DNA from: an uncultured virus (IMG/VR IMGVR_UViG_3300005512_000004)
Taxonomy: Duplodnaviria > Heunggongvirae > Uroviricota > Caudoviricetes
IMG/VR virus record: IMGVR_UViG_3300005512_000004
DNA: 64,000 nt
Strand: one strand, 5' to 3'
The notes under the pieces were generated by a model. It saw only the letters and a list, made by a program, of their open reading frames with translations. It did not search any database and was not told where the DNA came from. How positions within the stretch are numbered: the first letter of the stretch is position 1; every line of letters starts with the position of its first letter. Both the position numbers and the translations under genes were made by a program. Shown piece after piece: positions 49,475-59,500 of the stretch.

Positions 49475-50212
49475 ATGGCACAGTTACGTAACACACAGCA
49501 GAAGAACCTCCGCTCCGTCAGCTTCGGTCAAGAGCAGGCAGAGCGTCCCCACTCCGTTAACCGTGAGCTGAACGATCTCCGCGAAGACGTAGAGCTCGCG
49601 TTTGAGCGCCTCGAGGGCCGCGACAGCCTACCCGAGATCCACGATGATACGATCTCCGCGAACCACACTCTAAACACTATTGGGTGCGCCTTTCTCGGGA
49701 TTAACTTCCTCGCGGGCCGCTCACTCGCGTCGCTCACCCTAAACGACGCGCTCGATATTCAGGCACCTGGCGTAGCCGGTAATGACATCTCTGTGACCGT
49801 CGTGGCGGGTGCCGCCGAGGCGATCGCCGTGACTGATAAAGCGATTGTCGTGACGACCGATGACGGCACCAGCGACGCAGACAGCATCAAGACACTGATC
49901 GACGCGGACGCGGACGCTAAGGCCCTGGTTGTCACGTCCGTGAAAACAGGGCAAGGCGGTACGTCCATCACCGCTGCTGAGAGTACGAAGCTCAGTGGCG
50001 GCTCGGGTGACGGGTTCTCCGCCACAGCGTACAACGCTACCGCGGGCACCTCTGTCTCGATCGCCCAAAACGACATGAGCAAGGTGACTGTCTTGAACGA
50101 TAACGCGCTCACTATCGTCGGTCTAGCTCTCGCAGGCGATAACAACAATAAGTGCGCCATCGCCTTCGAGTCCCACACAGCCCGAGCTGTCGCCTTAGGC
50201 ACGTTCGCCTAA
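49475..50212 (+). CDS. Putative tail-associated structural protein
   Basis: AAGGAG SD; PGVAGNDISV and LSGGSG sheath-like beta domain. Confidence 0.5.
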   Translation: MAQLRNTQQKNLRSVSFGQEQAERPHSVNRELNDLREDVELAFERLEGRDSLPEIHDDTISANHTLNTIGCAFLGINFLAGRSLASLTLNDALDIQAPGVAGNDISVTVVAGAAEAIAVTDKAIVVTTDDGTSDADSIKTLIDADADAKALVVTSVKTGQGGTSITAAESTKLSGGSGDGFSATAYNATAGTSVSIAQNDMSKVTVLNDNALTIVGLALAGDNNNKCAIAFESHTARAVALGTFA

Positions 50213-50230
50213 TAACCGCAAGGAGTAACC

Positions 50231-50965
50231 ATGTCACTAGACTTTCAGCCATATGAGCGTAACGTCCAGCAGGGCATGGTAGATGGCCAGTATGCCTCTG
50301 GTGCGTTTACCATGGTCGCCGCTGGCCCTCCTCGACTCCAAAACCTCGGCCTCGGCGCCGCTAACGACGCGGTTAACGCGGCCATTACGACACCAATCGG
50401 GTTGGTACAAAACCTCTCGCTAAGTCACAGCCGCGCGTTTAATCGCATCTTCGAGCTCGGCTCTGAGAGGTCGTATCACATCAGCGGACGCACGAACGGG
50501 CAGCTCTCGCTAAGCCGCGTGTACTATCATGGGCCGTCTCTGCTGCGTATGCTCTATGCACACAAGGCAGACCTTAAGACGCCTGTGACTGTACCGCCCT
50601 TTACAGCGCTCGGCGCGGTAGACGCGATTCTCGGGCGTGAGGTAAACGACCACAATGTTAAGATCCGACCAGGCTTCAACAACCTGTATCTTAACCTCGC
50701 GTCAGACCTGTTCTCGCAGCCCATCGGGCTTCTCATCAAGACCGTTGACAGTAATGAGGATACAATCGGTGCCGTGTACGCAGAAGCGTGCTATGTACCT
50801 AATCACTCATTTAGCGTGGACTCCAACGGGCTTATGATACAAGAGCAAGCGAGTATTCAGTTCGAGCGTATTGTGCCCGTTCGCGTAAACTCGCTCTCGA
50901 TCATACAAGGCCCGAGTGGTAAGTTCGAGAAGGCGCAGACGCTGAAGACACCAGGAGAGATCTGA
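50231..50965 (+). CDS. Tail tube protein
   Basis: IGLVQNLS...IFELGS...GQLSLSRV...IQEQASIQFERI; downstream of the sheath. Confidence 0.75.
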   Translation: MSLDFQPYERNVQQGMVDGQYASGAFTMVAAGPPRLQNLGLGAANDAVNAAITTPIGLVQNLSLSHSRAFNRIFELGSERSYHISGRTNGQLSLSRVYYHGPSLLRMLYAHKADLKTPVTVPPFTALGAVDAILGREVNDHNVKIRPGFNNLYLNLASDLFSQPIGLLIKTVDSNEDTIGAVYAEACYVPNHSFSVDSNGLMIQEQASIQFERIVPVRVNSLSIIQGPSGKFEKAQTLKTPGEI

Positions 50966-51726
50966 TGAATCGCTTGTACGACACCGTAGATAATATGCAC
51001 AAAGAGGCAAATATATTTGCGAACGCGGGTAAGATGTTGGTAAACAACAAGGCGACCGCGGCCGGTGGCGCTCTAGGTGGTATCTACGGTGCGTACAAGG
51101 GGTCTCAGGGTGAAAACGGGGGGCTGAAGGGCGCTCTGCTCGGTGCGGCGCAAGGCGCAGCGGGCGGGGCGCTCCTTGGTAACGTGGGCTCGCGCGTAGC
51201 AAACTCTGGCGCCCTCAAAGGCTACAGAGAAGCGCGTACGCGTCTTATGGACGAGGCGGGAGTAGCGACAAGCAACCGAGGTTTCTTCTCGCGCAACTTC
51301 GGACAAGGCCGCAAGGATATCAAAGCCTTTAAAAAAGACCAAGGCGCTGGGCTCTTCGGCGACACTGGCGAGGTAGGAAAGGTAAAACAGCGGATCTCTA
51401 ACGTGGTCGACCGTGAAGGTTCGGGACTCCTCGACGCGACAACAGCTCGTCAGCAGGTAGACAATCTAGCCGCGAGTAATGCGGTCACGAATCTTAGGGC
51501 AGCTAGAGATAAGATCATCTTTGGCGGTATTGGTGCGGGTATGGCCGCGAGCACGGGAGCGGGTCTGTTGTCCGCGGGAGCGCAAGCAGGACAAGGTGTC
51601 ACCAATGAGCAGCGTATGCAGAACCTAAGAGCTAAATATCAACAAACGGGTCAACTCGACCCTCGTGAGCAGCGGATGCTCACAAACATGATGGCAGGCA
51701 GACCGCAAGGGTCTGCCGCCATCTAG
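50965..51726 (+). CDS. Gly-zipper putative internal virion protein
   Basis: HKEAN near the N-terminus, then GGALGG/GAAGG repeats. Confidence 0.55.
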   Translation: MNRLYDTVDNMHKEANIFANAGKMLVNNKATAAGGALGGIYGAYKGSQGENGGLKGALLGAAQGAAGGALLGNVGSRVANSGALKGYREARTRLMDEAGVATSNRGFFSRNFGQGRKDIKAFKKDQGAGLFGDTGEVGKVKQRISNVVDREGSGLLDATTARQQVDNLAASNAVTNLRAARDKIIFGGIGAGMAASTGAGLLSAGAQAGQGVTNEQRMQNLRAKYQQTGQLDPREQRMLTNMMAGRPQGSAAI

Positions 51727-51953
51727 CGTATACGTCGCCGATACTTCGGTAGCACAAACTCTGCGCAGTTAGCAACATCTGTCAGGAATCCGATCCGTTG
51801 ACGGATGCGCGCGGCCTGTAGTGCGGTATCGAGCCCTCGATCGCGTACGAGGGCGCCGACGTCTGCTGTCATGTCTCCTGTGCCTCCTGCGTGGTCATCT
51901 GCAAGGAGCGCGGCCTCGACGGCCTTGAGCAGCATATCTGTTGCAATTGTCAT
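51723..51953 (-). CDS. Hypothetical protein
   Basis: GGAG SD, ATGA overlap. Confidence 0.5.
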   Translation of the reverse strand: MTIATDMLLKAVEAALLADDHAGGTGDMTADVGALVRDRGLDTALQAARIRQRIGFLTDVANCAEFVLPKYRRRIR

Positions 51954-52237
51954 GATGTCTCCGTTGTGTGTGTGGCGTGCTCAACGAAGGTGTTATGGCA
52001 GCAATCGCACTCCCACTCGACGTTCATCTGTTCGGTTAACTCCGTAACTTCAAACGCGATGCGGCAGTGCGGGCAAATCACCAGCAGCCTATATAGACAG
52101 TACGTATAGAGCTTGTCGTCTTGCTCCTTTCGCTCTGATTGTGCATACCTGTCTAGACCAGCCACGATGTTGAGCAGGATGGTAAAGGCGGTCCATGCTA
52201 TTATCACAGACTTTACTCCCAATCTGACGGAGTCCAA
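51950..52237 (-). CDS. Small Zn-ribbon protein (start uncertain)
   Basis: CPHC...CDCC; promoter-like motif at 52198-52208 suggests the real start is further downstream. Confidence 0.4.
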   Translation of the reverse strand: MDSVRLGVKSVIIAWTAFTILLNIVAGLDRYAQSERKEQDDKLYTYCLYRLLVICPHCRIAFEVTELTEQMNVEWECDCCHNTFVEHATHTTETS

Positions 52238-53352
52238 CCCGCATCTGTGTTACGTAGAGGCACGAGGACATGTGTGATGCTCAGGTCGCCGTCCTGCCAA
52301 TCTAGACGCACAGGGTTTGTACTCGACTCTTCATCGATGAAAAGCGCGATGTCCTCGGAAGAGCGCTTCTTTAGTAGATTCCCTAGCTCGTATGCGCATT
52401 TCGCGTTAAGCTTTAAGAAGGGTACAGTCTCGCTGAGAGCGACCTCGGAGCCCCCGACGTGACGTAAGTTTCCGTCTTGGTCAAGAACAGCGAATGTGTC
52501 TGAGTATTGGTCGCCGTGAAGCAGCATATATAGCGGGTTATTGTCGCGACGAGCAACCTTCTTGAGCTTCGCGAACTCCGGAATGGCATGAGGTACTTCG
52601 ATATAATTCCTCTCTGACTCTGGCTTCGACTCTGGCACGTCAGGGATAACCCCTTTCCACGGGACGTAGGGGTCTTTGTGGTTATCCCACAGGACGCTCA
52701 CCATGCCATACTCCTTAGACATCGCAGTGAGCGTCCCGCTGCCTTCTGGCGAGATGTGGCAGAGGAGACAGCTGTTAAGGTTAAGAGTGGCGAGCAGCGC
52801 AGTAGGTAGTGCGATGTTAAGCTCTTCCCCCTCTCTCAATCTCTCCGCGCCATCAGGGATGCCTACAATATGGAGGCGGTATCCATCCGTCGCAACAAGA
52901 TCAATCGTTGTACGCGTGACTGCCATATTTGTGTGACGTAAATTTTCGCGCGTGACGTCCCTCGAAGTAAAGGTGTGCATGGCGGCTGCGTATTCAAGAA
53001 TGACGTCTCCTAGAGAGGTATTGGAGATCAGCGCGCTTGCCTCATCTATTTCGTATAGAGCAGCTCCTGCCGAGATAGACTGGAAGAAGGGAGCAGTCTC
53101 GTATCTACTGTAGCACTTGTCTAGAGCGTAGGTGTTTGTGAGCGCGTCTGACATCTCACCGACGGAGATATGCGCCGAAGACAACATAACAGCCTCCGAT
53201 GTGTCTTTTGTGGTAGCTCCGACACCGAGTACCAGGCATACAGCTTGCCCTGTGACATACCCGCTGATACAGAACGAGCCTGTATCCCTCGAATACGTGA
53301 CAGTCACTGGCTTGTCGAAGGCCCGTATTGCCTTAGAAGGAAATAATTCCAT
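52213..53352 (-). CDS. DNA polymerase III beta-clamp-like protein (divergent)
   Basis: LVATDGYRL, YVPWKGVIP, LNAKC, C-terminal HVLVPLR; AGGAG SD. Confidence 0.6.
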   Translation of the reverse strand: MELFPSKAIRAFDKPVTVTYSRDTGSFCISGYVTGQAVCLVLGVGATTKDTSEAVMLSSAHISVGEMSDALTNTYALDKCYSRYETAPFFQSISAGAALYEIDEASALISNTSLGDVILEYAAAMHTFTSRDVTRENLRHTNMAVTRTTIDLVATDGYRLHIVGIPDGAERLREGEELNIALPTALLATLNLNSCLLCHISPEGSGTLTAMSKEYGMVSVLWDNHKDPYVPWKGVIPDVPESKPESERNYIEVPHAIPEFAKLKKVARRDNNPLYMLLHGDQYSDTFAVLDQDGNLRHVGGSEVALSETVPFLKLNAKCAYELGNLLKKRSSEDIALFIDEESSTNPVRLDWQDGDLSITHVLVPLRNTDAGWTPSDWE

Positions 53353-53404
53353 AACGAACTCCTACTGTGGTAGGTTTAAGACATGCGTAACTCACGCGAA
53401 CACT

Positions 53405-53415
53405 CTTTTATCACG
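53405..53415 (-). promoter_or_regulatory. Promoter-like motif CGTGATAAAAG
   Basis: 53 nt upstream of ATG 53352. Confidence 0.5.
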
Positions 53416-53438
53416 TCTAAAACGCAGGAATATACACC

Positions 53439-54404
53439 ATGTCTGACATGAGCTATAGGACACTGAGGAACATACGAAAACAGATCAGAACCGATGAGCC
53501 GGACGTTGGTAGTAGGGGCGTAGAGATCGGACAAGACGAGGTAGAGCGCAAGGACACCAAGGCGCGTCTTATGGAGGCGATAAGGCTTGGGCCCACATCC
53601 TCTAAGCCAGGACACGAGCGTACGCACATTGTGCGTGGTGTAGATAAGGACGAAGACTCTGAGCGTGCTCTCGCGTACGGTAAGAACTCATCCGAGTCCG
53701 CTAATCGATACAAGAAGGTGACACCCAACTCGTCTATGGAGTCGCAGTCCTTCTCATCCGTTAAAGTCGCGGCCGTACAGAAGCAGGAACGTCGAAAAGT
53801 CCAGGCTATCCGAGCAGATAAGTCGAGCGTAATGCGTTACATCGATGTCATCAACGCTCCCCCTGTGATGCTAGATGTCCCTGTCGACGAGATGCCGATG
53901 CTCCCCTACCCGAGCAACGACAGCGAGGAAGTCGCGAAAGAGATCGACATCATCGTAGACGCACAAGACAGCGCCCCTCTCCCCGACAGCGTTATGGATC
54001 TCGCAGACGAGGAGCCTATGGAGCTTTTTCGCAGAGCGTGTCACGCTGTGGGTGTCCCTGTAGACGAGCAGACGTCCGAGATGTTGGTACAAGACCTTCG
54101 TCGTATCGCGCTCACTCTCAAGTACACACACTTGCGTCCTAGACCTGCAGAGATCGCGCCTTATCATAACCGCTACGTGAGTGTTCAGGACTTCGATCCT
54201 TACGATGATACCCCGTCATATCCGAGTGTACATGCTACGATCGGGTACGGGCTCGCGAATATGTATGCGACGCTTTACCCCGACTTCGCAGCAGAGTTTT
54301 ATAACGTCGGAGACACGATTGCCATGCAACGTATCCAGAGCGGTCGCCACTACCCGAGTGACAACGAGTACGCACGTGTGATCGCAAACTTAGTGCTGAG
54401 GTAG
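53439..54404 (+). CDS. PAP2/acid phosphatase-superfamily protein with N-terminal extension
   Basis: KYTHLRPRP, PSYPSVHA, RIQSGRHYPSD. Confidence 0.85.
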   Translation: MSDMSYRTLRNIRKQIRTDEPDVGSRGVEIGQDEVERKDTKARLMEAIRLGPTSSKPGHERTHIVRGVDKDEDSERALAYGKNSSESANRYKKVTPNSSMESQSFSSVKVAAVQKQERRKVQAIRADKSSVMRYIDVINAPPVMLDVPVDEMPMLPYPSNDSEEVAKEIDIIVDAQDSAPLPDSVMDLADEEPMELFRRACHAVGVPVDEQTSEMLVQDLRRIALTLKYTHLRPRPAEIAPYHNRYVSVQDFDPYDDTPSYPSVHATIGYGLANMYATLYPDFAAEFYNVGDTIAMQRIQSGRHYPSDNEYARVIANLVLR

Positions 54405-54817
54405 TGATGAGTACAGACAACTACATGGAATCGCGAGGTAGAAACCTTCGCAGGAAAGGTCTCCGTATAGGCACACCTCTACTTGGAGCCGCGCTCGGAG
54501 CGGCTGTACCCAAACACAGAGCGCTGGGCGCGTTGCTTGGTGCAGGAGTCGGTGAGCTTAGCGCGCGACGCATGCAGAAGATGCTCGACAAGCGTGATTT
54601 ACGTAAGGCGGGCTTTGTACCACATGCCTCCTCGATGATCCGCGGCTCGCGCTACGCCCCTGAAGGGGCTTACGTAAAGTTTAATACGGGTAACGTATAC
54701 CGTTATGGTGGCGTCTCCCGTGATGAGCTCGCTCGTCTAGCCGAAGCCGAATCCGTCGGCGCTCACTTTAATCAGAACCTAAGACACCGTAAATACGAGA
54801 AAATCGGTAAACTATGA
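54404..54817 (+). CDS. Gly-zipper + KTSC domain protein
   Basis: SSMIR..RY....YVKFNTGNVYRY.GV.......AESVGAHFNQNLR. Confidence 0.8.
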   Translation: MMSTDNYMESRGRNLRRKGLRIGTPLLGAALGAAVPKHRALGALLGAGVGELSARRMQKMLDKRDLRKAGFVPHASSMIRGSRYAPEGAYVKFNTGNVYRYGGVSRDELARLAEAESVGAHFNQNLRHRKYEKIGKL

Positions 54818-55545
54818 AATACACCGCAGTTACGGCGCCTATCAGCGTAACTCATGTACGTCACTCGGGTGACGATAAGACAATCGTAGACGCGGCGCGA
54901 GTAAGCCTCGCGTCTCTTGATGAGATGAATGAGCGCAACGACGCAGAGCTGCGAGAGTGTGACGCGCGCGATCGAAAGCTCATCAACTACCTCGCAGCAC
55001 ATAAGCACATGTCGCCCTTCGAGCACTGCCACATTACATTTTGGATCGAGGCCCCACTTTACATCGCACGGCAGCACATGCGTCACCGCACATGGAGCTA
55101 TAACGAGGTCAGCAGGCGCTATACGTCAGAGGACATACGTATTTATGAGCCCATGGGGTATCGAAAACAGGCAAAGAACAACAGGCAGGCGTCGACTGAC
55201 GAGACGACAGATCCCGCAGTCCACCTTGTTGCCGGCTCAACGCAAGACTACACGACCACTGCGAGCGCCCTGGTGAGCAACGTAAATCAGAAGCTCGTTG
55301 ACGTATATACAGCTCTTCTTGAGGCGGGAGTCTGTCGTGAGCAAGCGCGAGGCGTTCTCCCGCAGTCCATGCTCACACAGTACTACGCCACCGTAAACGT
55401 ACGTAACTTAGCTGCTTTTATCAAAGAGCGCATCTCGGTTGACGCGCAGTATGAAGCTCGCGAGCTAGCGCGTCAGATGCTCGCTATCGCAACCGAGCAT
55501 TACCCGCTCGCCATGGACGCCTTGATTGGAGAGACCGATGTCTGA
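54814..55545 (+). CDS. thyX: Flavin-dependent thymidylate synthase
   Basis: AARVS, HMSPFEH, RHRTWSYNEVSRRY, EQARGVLP. Confidence 0.96.
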   Translation: MKYTAVTAPISVTHVRHSGDDKTIVDAARVSLASLDEMNERNDAELRECDARDRKLINYLAAHKHMSPFEHCHITFWIEAPLYIARQHMRHRTWSYNEVSRRYTSEDIRIYEPMGYRKQAKNNRQASTDETTDPAVHLVAGSTQDYTTTASALVSNVNQKLVDVYTALLEAGVCREQARGVLPQSMLTQYYATVNVRNLAAFIKERISVDAQYEARELARQMLAIATEHYPLAMDALIGETDV

Positions 55546-56440
55546 AGAGATCCCCACATTCACACTCAAAGCCGCACGTAAGTACAACGGTAAGTACGCA
55601 GAGAAGACCTTGTGGCCGGGCTTACCCGAAGAGGCCGCGCTCGCTTTCCCCGGACTAAACGCGGACAAGGGCTCAGCGGAGTTCGCTAACGCTGTCTTTG
55701 CGATCCAGCGTACCTTCGCGTGTGGAGAAGACGGCTGCCTAGGCCCAGCTACGTACGCAGAGATCTTAAGACAGTACGAGCCCGTCGCAGAAGATGAGGC
55801 GTATATCGTTTACGGACGCAGGCGCATCGCGCTAGGCGACGTTGGCTATAAGGTCGTAAACTATGACCAAGTGGGCGGCTACGACCTACACCCAGCAGGG
55901 CACTTCTCTGTGCGTACGGAAGACATCAGCAGGATTGTCATGCATTGGGGCGGGTTTAACCCAGAGTCGCTCTACAATGTTATGAGTGGGCCACGAAAGG
56001 TCAGTACGCACTTCGGAATTGGGCTCGATGATGAGGGGCAGGCGGTCGTCTATCAGTACTTAGATCTGTCGCACAAAGCGTGGCACGCGGGCGTCGCAAA
56101 CGAGGGAAGCGTCGGAATCGACATCTGTCAGCAGCCTGTCTACAAGCATATCGGTTATTACCAGAAGCGAGGGTACATCGTCTCCCGCGGACACAACCCC
56201 ACAAATCGCGGTAACAAGAACATCATGTCACTCGACCCACGCATCGCAGATGTGACGAACAAGTTCGTGCACGACCTCTCTGTCGCGCTCGACATCGTTC
56301 TTACTGCGCCTAGCAGCCACGACGTCGTACCAGAGTTCACGGACTATACTCTACTCGGACACCACCACATCTCGCCCAACAAGTGGGACATCGCGTGTTG
56401 GTGGCAAGATATATTTGCGAAGACGGGCGTCAGTATTTAG
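55538..56440 (+). CDS. Endolysin, N-acetylmuramoyl-L-alanine amidase (Amidase_2) with N-terminal PG-binding-like segment
   Basis: DGCLGPAT; IVMHW, STHFGI, AWHAG..N..SVGIDI, GHHH...KWD. Confidence 0.85.
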   Translation: MSEEIPTFTLKAARKYNGKYAEKTLWPGLPEEAALAFPGLNADKGSAEFANAVFAIQRTFACGEDGCLGPATYAEILRQYEPVAEDEAYIVYGRRRIALGDVGYKVVNYDQVGGYDLHPAGHFSVRTEDISRIVMHWGGFNPESLYNVMSGPRKVSTHFGIGLDDEGQAVVYQYLDLSHKAWHAGVANEGSVGIDICQQPVYKHIGYYQKRGYIVSRGHNPTNRGNKNIMSLDPRIADVTNKFVHDLSVALDIVLTAPSSHDVVPEFTDYTLLGHHHISPNKWDIACWWQDIFAKTGVSI

Positions 56441-56583
56441 TATAGGAGCGTCTCTCCTTCCGTGCTAACGCCTGAACTCCCGTGAAGAACAAGGACGTCA
56501 GCGGGCACAGTGCGGTAATACCGTTTGAAGTTTACGATTTTCGTCCTTTCTTGTAAGCTAAGGGAACGAGGAGGGACACTTCC

Positions 56584-59500
56584 ATGTCTAAACGTAAAAA
56601 ACTTTACCACGGCTCACCACATAGATTAGACGAGATAAGGCCCACTATCGCAACAGGTAAGGGCGAAGCGTCTGCGCGAGAGCACGCTATTTACTTAGCT
56701 GATAGCCCAGAAGAGGCGAGGCTATACGCGTTAACACGTCCACGTAATAATAAACGCAAGGGGTGGGCGATCTTAGATAACAAAGTACATTACGTTAAAG
56801 GTGACCCTATCAATAAGCAGGGGTACGTATACGAGCATGAGTTCGATGACTACGCACCTCCTCCCGAGTCAGACCCCGGCATAGGTTATCGTGTTTATGG
56901 TGCGTATAAACCCACAAAGCGCAAGAGAGTAAGACTGAAGGGGATCGAGGATCAATTCGTAGAGCACCCAGACAAAGCGTCTTATAAGGCTAGGGTTAAA
57001 GAGTGGCTTGCTTCTCGAGAAAAAACCTCTAGCTATCGAGAAGGTGGGTCATTTACGCATGAGGGAACTGAGTACGACTTAGACCACGCGCTATCGCTCG
57101 CAGACAAACAACCTGTAACATCCACAAGAGTTAAAGATCTCGCGTGGGTATTGCGGCACGGCAAAGCTGATCCCGAAAGAGTACGTCGCGCTGACCTATC
57201 TGCACCTCTACTCGTTAGTCGTACTAAGAACGGAAAGCCCACTGTTGTAGATGGGTTCCATCGATTAACTAAAGCCAACAATGAAGGAGTAGTTAGCATG
57301 CCGACCAGATTCGTAGATCGCAGAGAGCTCCGCAAAACATCGGCAGTAAAGCACACGCTTGTTACAGGACACAGCGGTGCAGGTAAGACTACCTTATCTA
57401 AAAGGCTATCGGAGCAAAGCGGGTTACCTATATACGAGTTAGATAAAGACCCCGATATCGTAGAACAGTTAGAGCGACAAAAAGCGTATATCAAGGCGAG
57501 TGGGGGCTTAGATCGAGGCGCTAACGCTAAGCTACCTACGGGTCCCGAGTGGGATATCCCCTTCCAGAGAGCGTCTAAAGCAGGAATTGACCGGGCACTT
57601 GCGCTAAAGACACCTCACGTCATTGAGGGCACGTACTTACTCGACAGAGACCCTAACCTCTTGAGAGATCACGAGCTGTACTTAGTTGATACGCCTGAAG
57701 ACCTCGTACTGAATAGACGTGTAGAGCGTCAGAGAATAAAAGATATAGCTAGGGGAAGGTATTGGGGCGACGATAGAGCTGCGGGGGTTAGATTACGCGG
57801 ACAACAGCTAATCGACGAGAATAAACAAGGCGCTGCTAGGTGGCGTAAAGCTGATTTCGTTAAAAAGTCCGCACTAAACAAGGTAATGCAGCAGGCAAGC
57901 ACTACGAAATTAGCAAGTAAGAGATTTAGACACAGAGCGGGATTGATTATAAGGGACGAGCAGGGCCGCCTTCTTGTCAGTGAGGCATCTCCTGCGCAGG
58001 TCGCGGGAGGTGTCAGCCGTATAAGCCTGCCGGGGGGAGGCATACACGATGACGAGAATGAGACACGCACGCCCACTAAGCGAGAGATCATTCGAGCAGC
58101 CCGCAGAGAGGCCCTAGAGGAGCTTGGTATGCGTATCCGTAATCCTCGAGTACTCGGCTCCCACAGCGGCGAGCTCGAGGACTGGTGGAAGGATCAGCAG
58201 GAGAAGAAGCGAGGTGTACGCTTTGACGGCGCAGCCGAGCACTTTGTTTTAGCGAGTCCGGGTAAGAAGGACATGAGCCTCTACAATGTAGAAGGCGACG
58301 CTTTCCCAGGCAAGTACAGAGATATGACGGAGTTAACTCCTTTAATGGAGCAAGACGCCAACCGAGATTCCGCTTTTGCGCAGTTCAACAAAAAGCAACT
58401 TGAGCTGCTACGCGGTCTGCAAAAAACATCTTCATATGTTCGAGGACAGCACATGACTAAATCAGCCACAAAAGAGGAGCGAGCAGGTGTCCGTGTCGGA
58501 CGAAAGCTCTATCGACCCAAAGTTCAAGCGTTTATGTACGACAACCAAGGACGTATCTTGGCCGCGAAATCACAAGCAGCGGGCTCGGGGTTACGTGCCT
58601 ATAGCAACTACAAGTTCCCTGGCGGTGGCGTAGAGCCGGGCGAGAACATTCCCGAGGCGGCGCGTAAAGAGCTCCTCGAGGAGGCAGGGTACGAGGCGGG
58701 CGGTGACTTGTTCGAGTTCGGCACACCCACGCCCGTAGATTGGGACAGAAAGTTTCGCGCACAGGCACGTAAGAAGGGTCGCGGTGGGTACGCAGGGCAG
58801 TATGAGTACTACGCCGCTGGGCCTATTGGTAAGCGCAACACGTCACTGCTCGGCTCGGAGGGTGACGCGCTAGGCGGGATGGAGTTCGTACCAATCCGAG
58901 CGCTTAAGCGAGATCTGCGTAAGACGTCTACCGACCCAAATAACGAGTACGGGTATTTTGACACGCAGAAACTCGTAGCGCTCAAAGCGCTCGAGAAAGA
59001 GCTCAAGCAGCGCGGCGTAAAGACAGCCTCAGCACGTCTCAAGCAAATTGCGCTCCCACCAGAGCTCACACAGTTCTCGAATAAGTACTACCAGACGTAC
59101 GGGCAGGGGCGCGCTATTAACTACGGACAAGAGCGGTTTGACGAGTACCGAAGGCCGCGCACCAGAAGAGAGAGGAGCTTAGAGGAAGCGTACGCGACGA
59201 AGACCTCCGCGCTGCTCGCCGCGGATGATCTCGTTAAGAAAGCGGAGAAGGGCGTAGCTCAGAAGTCCGATCCAGCAGAGTGGGCTAGAGCAAAGGCGCA
59301 AGCGCGTGCTAAAATGGGAGGAAAGCACTCTGCACGCGCGATGCAGCTCGCTACGCAGATCTATAAGAAGAACGGGGGTGGCTATCGTGGAGCGAAACCA
59401 TCGAGCGGCACCAACAAACTCAAAAAGTGGACCAAGCAAGATTGGCAGTGGTCAGGAAAAGACACGCCCGGTCCCGGAGGTACAGGTGTCTACCTCCCAA

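Noticed and set aside
56480..56570. c-di-GMP-II riboswitch-like words (GTGAAG...GGGCAC)
   Set aside because: The downstream GTGC pseudoknot partner is not in the expected place; resemblance is superficial
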